NCBI GenBank assembly: GCA_965153355.1
Contig: OZ231126.1
Location: 44,454,001 to 44,518,000, forward strand
Direction: 5' to 3'
Source of the DNA: Flaccisagitta enflata
Taxonomy: Eukaryota
Length of the DNA stretch: 64,000 nucleotides
This document shows, piece by piece, positions 54,228 through 64,000 of this stretch. Each line of letters begins with the position of its first letter. Positions within the stretch are counted from its first letter, which is position 1. The notes under the pieces were generated by a model that saw nothing but the letters and a program-made list of their open reading frames with translations, ran no database searches and was not told the DNA's origin. Position numbers and translations under genes: made by a program.

Positions 54228-56891
54228 GCCGAGTTTTTTTCCCCGACAGAGGGCGTTCTTTAAAAAAAAGATGTTTTTTGGAAGCGGCGTTATTTTGGGG
54301 TAGCGGCGCCTGTTTCTCGTCGGCGCGGCGGCGGAGCGATCGGCGTCTTCCGGTGGCGTCTATAGCGATGATGGAGGAGGAGGAGGAGGAGGATGAGGGG
54401 GAAGGAGAGAGTGGATAAAGGAGAGCAGCAGAAGAAGAAGGAAAGATAATCATCTTTGGATCCATACTGACGCCAAGCGAAAGGATGAAGCAGAAATAGA
54501 TCGTTTAAAAGTGAAGAGATGATTAAAAAGAAGAATGGGAACCAGTATGCAAGTATGCAAACAAGAACAAGGCTAGATACACGGCTACCCCAGTCGTAAG
54601 CGGATTGGCGGGGCCGTATTTGAGGTCATTATAGCATACTGGCAGGAGCAATGAGATCAAAGAACGCAAAAAGTAATCTGTGACGGACGGACGGACGGAC
54701 AAAGCAAGGTGTAGAGTCTCTTATCACGCGACTAAAAGTAACTGAGCGTGCTAGGTAACAAGCATGGCAACAGGTATACTTAACTACATTTTTTTGCAGA
54801 AAATGCAAAAAAAGACAAAAACAGAAACAAAAACAAAAGCAACAAGTGAGATAAGACATGATGAAATAAAGAGAAATTTGAAAATTTGATCTTTTGTTTC
54901 CTCGGCGGTGGGGGATCAGAGAAGGAATTCGTTGGGAGGAGCCACTAATTCTATGGCAAGCTCCCGCGCGAGCGTTTCCTCTTTCGTCAGAACATTCCAC
55001 AAATTCTCTTCCTCCCGCTCCCAGCTTCCCTCTGCTTCAGTCGCCGCCCCTTCGCTTTTTTCTTCCCTCCTTCCCCTCATTTTTTCCAATTCACCTCTCT
55101 ATAGTCTCTTCCCCTACCTCATCTCGACATCTTCCCTCCCACTCCCTCCTAGCTCCTAGATCTCTCCTTGCCTTTCCCTCCTCTGCCTCATTTTCCCTCT
55201 CCTGCCTCCAACACATCTTTCTCACCAAGCCTCTAACTCCCTCATAGCTCTTTCCTTTTCTTTCCTTTCTCAACCATGTGTGCCATCTGTCGCTTCTACA
55301 GAAATCCTCTGACCGTCCCCTCCCCTCCTCCCTTGTCTTCGCTATCTCCTCCACCCTCATCTACCTTTTCTCCCCTATCCCTTGGGCCTGTTCAAATAAA
55401 CAAATATGAATTGGCACATGACTTGGTGCAGCTTGGGGGGGGGAAGGGGTGATAAGATGGGTTCTGGGGAGCCCTGGGTGAAGGACGGACGGGGAAGAGA
55501 GAGAGTCGCGTGGGGGTGAAGGGTTCAGACGAGATTTATTTTGCCTTATTTGTCTCGCCTAGATTTCACGTTGCCAAATTTTGGCACTCATTCTCTTAGT
55601 TGATTTTCGATTCCAAAGTTGAGCCCATAGACATTCCTCTTCTCCATTAGCTGTATATTTGTTTCTGTCCGATGTTTCTATTCTTATTTCTGTCGGTTCC
55701 TGTGCCTGTTTCTTTTCTTCTCTCTCTTCTCTTCCTCCCTCTTTCTCCCTCTCTAGAGCTTATCAATGGATAGACAAAAATGTTCATTAAAGCTTAGCAT
55801 AGTAATCGACGATCATTCATTTTACTGCCAAATCGTAACGGACTGCTTTAGGCTGATTTCCGACACCTACATGTCTGTATACATGTCCCTCTCTAGGAAA
55901 GTAATGAATTCATTGAATGCCCGAAGATCACGCCTGAAGTACGTATTCGGGTATCAGTTTAGATTATCTTAGATTCACTATTGTATGATGAACAGGATTA
56001 CATCGAATCTGATGCGATTTTTCCAGATTCTAAACATAACAATTAACCCGGGGTTGCAATATCGTCACGGATGGGTGGGCAAGGCATACACCCCCAGCAC
56101 AATAACAGCAGTAAAAATGCGCATTCTCTCACTTTTTAACTCACGTGATGGAATAATCAACGGACGGACCCATGGACCAATGGAATAATGGACATTACTT
56201 TTTATCGAGTCGCGGATCCGCGACTAAAAACAAACGCCAAGAATTCCACGTCAACCTAATATTTTCCCGACCCAGAAGCAAATCCTTCCCAAAAACTAAT
56301 CTACACCTCTGTTTATCCATTACCCGAATTAGCATCACGTTTCGCTCCGTATTAAAAAGCAAATCGCATTAAATTTAGTGAAAAATAAAAACTTCCCCTT
56401 CTCCGTTCTCAGTCTTCTTTCTCTACTCCACCTCCACGACTCCACCTCAACGGCTCCTCCTCTTGGTCCTCCTCCTTCTCCCCTTCCTTCTGCTCCTCAG
56501 CTAAAGTTTAATTTGCCTCCCGAAAAAAGTAGGAAATTAAAAACTGCTTAATTCGTCACCAAATATATTTGACAAGACGGACTCGGATTGGCTGAGACGG
56601 TTTCGTTTAGACTACACTGTGCTTTTTTATTGGCTGAAAGAGAAAAATAAGAAAGAAAAAACAGAGAAGAAGCTGAAAATTCCTTCCGAAAAATTAGTAA
56701 AATGTCTCGGTACGTTTGTCTTTATTAGTGACTGTTTCGGTCTGTCTCTTTATCTGTTTTTCTGCCTCTGACTACCAATGTCTGTCTCAATTTGCACCAC
56801 GGTGTTTGTTTAACTCTCTGTAATTTCTGTTTATCAGCTGGTCCGTATTATGTCCATCCGTCTCCATCTATCCGTCTGTCTGTCAGTCAGT

Positions 56892-57084
<193 letters not shown>

Positions 57085-58888
57085 GTTGATTTTTCCTTTG
57101 ACTTAGCGTTTCGCTTTTTTTTCGGGGGGCGTTGACAGGGTTGGCGTTTACGTGGGAATCGTGGCGGTGACTGTTTCGATGGCGGCGATGGTGGTGACGG
57201 TGACTATGGTGGTGACGGTGACTATAATGGTGACGGTGATTAGGGTGGTGACGGTAATTATGGTGGTAACGGTGATGGCATTGATGATGGTGACAGTAGC
57301 CAAGTTTTTCAGCCTTTGTTTACACTTTACAGCTGTCAACAACAGGTCCATGAAGGTATAAGAAAAGACAATTTTGTCATGTTCCGTAACAAAGGTCAAA
57401 GGGGGATGTATCATATTTAAGCTCTCCTCTACTACTCGCGAAGAAAGCTAAACAACCAAGCTTTTCATTACCGAGGGGCTCAGAACCGGTGAAATTTACT
57501 GGATTTGTGAAACCATTGGTAATCTTTCAGTAAAATACACATGGGCGACAGGCAACTAGCACTGACATCAAGTGGCTCTCATGCCCCCTCTCAATAGAAC
57601 CGATAGTACATCTCCACCCATTTTGACGATTTGCAATTCTGCCCCATCCCCAGCCCCGCCCCCCCATCCCTTTCTCGATTCTTACTTCTCTTATACAGAG
57701 AGAATCTCTATCTTAAACTTCCCTGGATCCTCTTTCCCACTTGTACCCTCAACCTCAGAGTTTTCCCCCTGCCTCGCCTGTTCCCGCCTCAATCCAGCCG
57801 CCGAGGCTCAGGATGCTGAGCTATTCATTCCTTGCCTAAATTTTTCGTCGGCCGAATTCCTGTTTTGATTTTAACTCAGGCAAAAAAACAACTTCATTAG
57901 GAATTCAGAGCCCAAACTATTTTCTTTCTTTTTGCTTTTTTTACCCTCCTCATTCCACGCCTATTCTTTCTTATAACATTCATAATATTTCTAAAATTCT
58001 CCTCTTTCCTGCCACCACAGATCCTCTCTCCACCTAGCAAGTTCCTCACTTTTACTCGCAAAAGATTGCCCTTTCACCCGCCTCCATACACTCACCCATC
58101 CCCCCGACCGGCGTGTTCCATATCCCCCTCCCCTAAGTATAACACAATTGAAACCCTCAACCTTAATCTAAACCTGAAACACACTGTTTTAATGCCTTAT
58201 GGGGAAGAAAATCATAGATTTGGCAACGCGACGGGATCAAGGCGGGGGGTGGTGAAGAAGGTCAAAGGTCATGAAACTTTAAACACCCCTGCCCGCCACA
58301 ACCCCCACTATAGGAGATTCCTTTGCACCGTCCGGGCGTATTTCGACAAATCACGCGTACAGTTTCTCTATGAAGTGCCCCAAGTGACCTTTTCTCCGGG
58401 CCGCCAAAAGTAAGTTTTGTTTCTCTTGAGCTAAAAAATCAGAATTCATACGGACACGCATACCTAACCTAAGAGGCTTTGTCCGTTCGTCCATCCATCC
58501 GTCGGTCCATAAGGCACGTTGTTTTTGGGTATGCGTTTTGGTGGGGGGAGGGGCTGCTTTACAACTCTAACGTGAAGAGACCAGTGCGCCGGAGCCGCTC
58601 CCCCGATCTTCATATAAGACCCCGGAAGGTAATCATGGAGGTTGTAATTTTATTTAGGTCGAGGTGCAAACGAAGACCAAATTAAAGGAGTCAGAACATT
58701 TTTTTCAATATTTTGAATTTTACAAATTCAGATTTTTTTCATCAAAGAATATAATTGTTATGTTATATTGTTTTCAGTTTTACATAGAAAATCATTTGTA
58801 GATAAAAAAAAGAGTGCTGAGCAAGTGAAAAGGGGAGAAAAAAGAAGGAAATCTAAAGAAAATTTAATTTTGCAACTTGACTTGTTTT

Positions 58889-59029
58889 AGGGAAAATTCT
58901 AAGACTCTCTCTAAATGCAAAATTTTGCATTTTCAAAAACATGGCCTCATTCTAAAAACATATAAGATAAGGGCCATGTTCTTAGAAATGCAAAATTGTT
59001 CAATTTGTTCAAGTCTTAGAATTTTCCCT
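58889..59029. repeat. Imperfect palindrome
   Basis: AGGGAAAATTCTAAGACT / AGTCTTAGAATTTTCCCT with inner pair GCATTT...AACATGGCC / GGCCATGTT...AAATGC. Confidence 0.7.
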
Positions 59030-59271
59030 TCGCAGGTTTCAAATTTTTGCACTACTATTTTTAAGGAATCTATTATTTCCAATAATTGTTTCTTGTCTTT
59101 GTCAACAAATCAAAGTAAAGCCTTTATCATACTAGGGTTTCTCTTACTAAAAGAATATTATCAAATTACAAAATTATCAATTTCATTTAAATAATCACAA
59201 AATAATAATGAATATACTTATAAGAAGAGACTGAAACCGAAATTTTATCTTCGTTTGCACCTCGACTTAGT

Positions 59272-59304
<33 letters not shown>

Positions 59305-59326
59305 CGAGAGCGAGAGCGAGAGCGAG

Positions 59327-59376
<50 letters not shown>

Positions 59377-59588
59377 AGAGAGTCATATCATGTCTTTTTC
59401 TTTTTTTGTTCCTGTCTCTTTTCACCTCAGATCGATCGTAAAGCGGCAGAGATGCCAACTTCAACATCGACGCCGCCATTCGGCTTCCGCAACGCCGCTT
59501 CAGAGACTATACCATCGACGGTGGCAAATTGAAGTCTTCCTCGTCATCACATTCCTCATATTCGTCATCATCATCATCATCATCATCG

Positions 59589-59654
<66 letters not shown>

Positions 59655-59736
59655 ACGTCGTCGTCATCATCAGTATTTTCCAAGTCATCGTTGTTGATCT
59701 AAGTCATCGTCGACATATTCGTCGTCGTTATCACCT

Positions 59737-60267
59737 TTGTTGTTGTTGTTGTTGTTGTTAACCAGCGCGTCGGATTTTACTAGGGCAATTGGTGGGGAGC
59801 TGCCGTCGAATCATCGAATTGATGGTACGAATTACCATACCGGCAGCCACCACCTGGGCTAGGGGGGTGGTGGTTCAGGGGGAGGCCGCCTCCTTCGTCG
59901 AAATCTAGGTAGGTGGGGGTGACGGAGCCGGACTAGGCAGGTCGTTGAAGGCTGGCGTGGAAGAGAGGAAGGCCGCCGTCTTCCTGGGCCGTTCCCAAAG
60001 GTCATTCGTCGCCAATGAAGTGGGTAAATGTGATTTGGCAGTGCCCCTGGCCTCCAGTGGGAATGAACGACACTGGAAGAGGTGACTAGATGAATGTTCT
60101 GACAGGTTGCGGTCTGGGTAGAGGTCAGTGTCGGACCTGCCGACACGATGGCGGTAGTCGTTTAATCGCGAGCAGTGACCAGATCTAAGTTGACTCAGAA
60201 TTGCTCTAGTGCGGCGTGGTAATGACGATTCGCTATTATGGCTAAGAGGTGGTGTTTTGAGGACTCG
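59737..60267 (-). mobile_element. 5'-truncated non-LTR retrotransposon (ORF2 C-terminus, 3' UTR, (AAC)n tail)
   Basis: Minus frame RVLKTPP..SESSLPRRTRAILSQLRSGHCSRLNDYRHRVG...YPDR....H...HLFQC...DLWERP...AAFL resembles a LINE ORF2 C-terminal zinc-knuckle region (CPDC decayed to YPDR); frameshifted PPPEPPPP end; TAACAACAAC tail. Clade not certain. Confidence 0.8.
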
Positions 60268-60694
60268 TCGTCGTCATCGTCACCATCGTCGCATTCTTCG
60301 TCGTCATCCTCTTCGACGTGGTAATAGGCCTCCTTACCAACTCGGCGGGTTTTTTTTTGCCGGCAACGTAATTAGCGTTATTTCCACGTGGTGAAATCCG
60401 CGTCACTTTAAGCGGTGTCGTTTCCTCGGCGTCGGAGCTCAAAGCGGCGTTAAGAGGCGGCGTCCGGCGTCATTTTCCACGTGCGCGCACTCGCCACTTC
60501 CGGCCAAAGGAAGCCGAGGCTCAAAGCGGCAAAAGAAAAATGTTTTGAGGGGATAACGAAAGCCTTGAAGGTGGTAAGAGCGTAGAAAGATGGTCATTGA
60601 ATGTATGCTGGGAGCCTGGGACGGAAAAAAAGAGGTACACTGAATACAATCCAATGAAAAAAAGAAAAGAAAGCAAGAAAGAAAGAAAGAAAGC

Positions 60695-60782
<88 letters not shown>

Positions 60783-60823
60783 AAATAAGATAGTAATGAA
60801 GAATAAAAGAAAGTTAGAAAGAT

Positions 60824-60878
<55 letters not shown>

Positions 60879-60879
60879 G

Positions 60880-60930
<51 letters not shown>

Positions 60931-62049
60931 AAATAGGATAGAAAGCAAGAAAAGGAGAAAAATTATGTAAAGGAAGGAGCAAGATGGCAGTAAAAGACAA
61001 AAAAACTCGTGCAAAAAGCAATCTCGGAATCTCGGAATCTCGGAAAGGCGATTGTCACAAAAGCTGTAATGGCAAAAGTTGGGGAAAGTTGAAGTCTTGA
61101 CGAACGGAAAAAAGACCATCTTCTTTGAATGAGGTGAATGAGGAGAAAGAAAGAGAGAAAAAGAAAAGAGATAAGATCGAAAGCGAGAAGGAAAAAAAAG
61201 AGAAGTAGAACAAGTGACGCGGGGTCACAATATCGTTGCGGTCGGATTGACAGGGGCGAACAACCCCCATCCACACCCTCAACTATCCTACACTTACGCA
61301 CACAGATTATCACAATAGTAGCTCCATAAATGCGCGTTTTCATACTTTTCAGCTTGATCACCATGATGGACCAATGGACGGACGGGCCAACGGACCAACG
61401 GACAAAGCCTCTTACAGATTTGCGTGTCCGCATCTAAAAAGGAGCAGCCGGTGAGGCAGTATGAGAGAAAATTGCGAAAAGAAAGACGTGGACGAAGTAT
61501 GACATGACAGAAGTACGAAGTGAGAGAGGTAAAAAGCTTTAAAAACATAAAAAGAGTGGACTTAAGTGCCACAAAAGCAAATTGCCGCGCGGCGCGACTC
61601 AGGAAAGAGTAGGAGTTTGAATGCGCTTGCGCACAAAAACAGAAGGGAAAAGTGAAGATGAAATGGAATACATAGATGGGGCATTTAGAAGAAGTGGAGA
61701 AACACTCAACTGCGCTCAGGAATGACTCAAGTTGAGTACAAGTTGTCGCGATCACGTGACCATCCTGATGGCCATCATTTCCCTTTCCATTGACTCTGTC
61801 CATTCGTCCTCTCAGAACTTTTGCGAAGATGAAGACTTCCCCCACCAGCCGGTAGTACCGTCTACATCTCCATCTCTGTCTCTCGTCTCGCTCTCTCACT
61901 CTGTCCCTCAATCTTGATCTTTCGCTGTTTCTTAAGTATTATTTCTCGTCCACTGACTGTTTTCTATCTCTCTTTGTCTTAATCATAAGCTTGTCATTTC
62001 TGTTAGCCTGATTATCTGTCTCTGTATGTCATTCTTTCGTTCTTTCGTT

Positions 62050-62177
<128 letters not shown>

Positions 62178-62326
62178 CACACCGGTTTTCCCTCTCTTAC
62201 TTTCTCCTCTTCATTACTTTTCTCTCTCCTCTTGAAACGCGACTGTCGCCAAAGAAATAGCAGAAATAAAAATTTGAAAGAAAGGAAAAGAAAAAAATTG
62301 GCATCGGATCCATCAACGTGATGGAA

Positions 62327-62384
<58 letters not shown>

Positions 62385-62954
62385 CGTGAAAGAGACTCAT
62401 GATGAAATGGAGACAATTAGCGTCACCGATTTAAGTTTTATCCGTTTCTGTGACGTCATGCTGTCTGTCTCTTGATTATCAATCTCTTGGAATGGTGTTT
62501 GATATTTCCTCTAATAAAAATGATAGCCTTACTTAGTTCAGCTAGCCTTACTTAGTTCGGCTCATTTCACATGCATTTTTTACGTATATTTTACCAATTT
62601 GTTCTGTCTCATTTTTTGTGTGTTTGTGTTATTGTTGTTGATTTTTTTGTAACGTCTTCTGTTCCATCACACCCCCAAAGCGGAAACAGCACCGCCTAGC
62701 AGCTAGCAGGCCGTAAAAGTTGATTGGTGCAAGATACATTTACTACCATGAGCTATGTGTACAATCTACATATAAAGTACCATTTTTTTCTAACACTACT
62801 GATTTTTCTATTCTACTGTGATCATTTGTATACATTTGTTCATTTCTGGTTTTGGCTGCGATGTTTTTCTCCTCATTAACTTCAACCGCGGCCAGATGGT
62901 TGATCTGTAAAAAAGAACGAATACAACACCTCAATTCTGCGGATGTCTGTTACG

Positions 62955-63016
<62 letters not shown>

Positions 63017-63249
63017 AGTGAGAGATACATTTGAAATTTTCAACTAAAGAACAGAATCGCACGGCCTCAAATAGATAAGCCGGGATTCAGATTCTGGCTG
63101 GCTAATGTTACGCGAATAACGTCATAACCGTCAATATAGATAATATTGATACTGTCTGTTTTCATTTTCTTAACTTGTTGTGTTCCACGATAGTGGAACA
63201 CTAAGTATTCAAAAATTCTCCGTCCATCCCAGTTTTTTCCTATGTAAAA

Positions 63250-64000
63250 ATGTATGTCACGCAACCCAGTTTTCTCCAATGTATGTCACACAGCCCAGAA
63301 TTCTCCGATGTATGTCACACAGCCCAGAATTCTCCGATGTATGTCACACCACCCAGTTTTCTCCGATGTATGTCACACCACCCAGTTTTCTTCCATGTAT
63401 GTCACACAGCCCAGAATTCTCCGATGTATGTCACACCACCCAGTTTTCTCCGATGTATGTCACATAGCCCAGAATTCTCCAATGTATGTCACACCACCCA
63501 GTTTTCTCCGATGTATGTCACACAGCCCAGAATTCTCCAATGTATGTCACACAGCCCAGAATTCTCCGATGTATGTCACACCACCCAGTTTTCTCCGATG
63601 TATGTCACACAGCTTAGAATTCTCCGATGTATGTCACACCACCCAGTTTTCTCAGATGTATGTCACACAGCCCAGAATTATCCGATGTATGTCACACCAC
63701 CCAGTTTTCTCTGATGTATGTCACATAACCCAGAATTCTCCAATGTATGTCACACCACCCAGTTTTTTCCGATGTATGTCACACAGCCCAGAATTCTCTG
63801 ATGTATGTCACACCACCCAGTTTTCTCCGATGCATGTCACACAACCCAGAATTCTACAATGTATGTCACACAACCCAATCTTCTCCGATGTATGTCACAC
63901 AGCCCAGAATTCTCCAATGTATGTCACACCACCCAGTTTTCTCCGATGTATGTCACATAGCCCAGAATTCTCCAATGTATGTCACACCACCCAGTTTTCT
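63250..64000. repeat. 29-bp tandem minisatellite with two alternating variants (runs off window end)
   Basis: ATGTATGTCACACAGCCCAGAATTCTCCG and ATGTATGTCACACCACCCAGTTTTCTCCG mostly alternate. Confidence 0.95.

Noticed and set aside
57150-57300. GGDGDY-like 18-bp repeat that looks coding
   Set aside because: In-frame stop in that frame and no splice context; treated as a minisatellite.
63180-64000. CRISPR-like array or repeat-protein ORFs
   Set aside because: Head-to-tail 29-bp units with no unique spacers, eukaryotic context, no cas genes.

Overview
Eukaryotic (invertebrate animal-like) genomic DNA, very rich in microsatellites and non-autonomous transposons, with two supportable spliced genes arranged divergently. 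(1) Minus strand, 4 exons, 13367->5935, about 1722 aa: hydrophobic leader, one peritrophin-A/CBM14 chitin-binding domain, a long low-complexity stalk and a long C-terminal coiled coil. (2) Plus strand, 3 exons, 23460->28782, about 1505 aa, and the main finding: a divergent, compact animal-type TET domain (Cys-rich + DSBH) that keeps most structural Zn ligands but appears to have lost the Fe(II)/2-oxoglutarate residues. It is fused to two C2H2 fingers and a C-terminal TCF-type C-clamp (CRALF) and has no CXXC domain, suggesting a pseudo-TET chromatin reader/scaffold of an architecture I do not recognise. The rest is repeat landscape: Helentron/DINE-1-like elements, hAT and Tc1/mariner-type MITEs, a Transib-like element, a tRNA-derived SINE, a 5'-truncated LINE and satellites. 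All homology calls are by-eye comparisons from memory; no database search was run.
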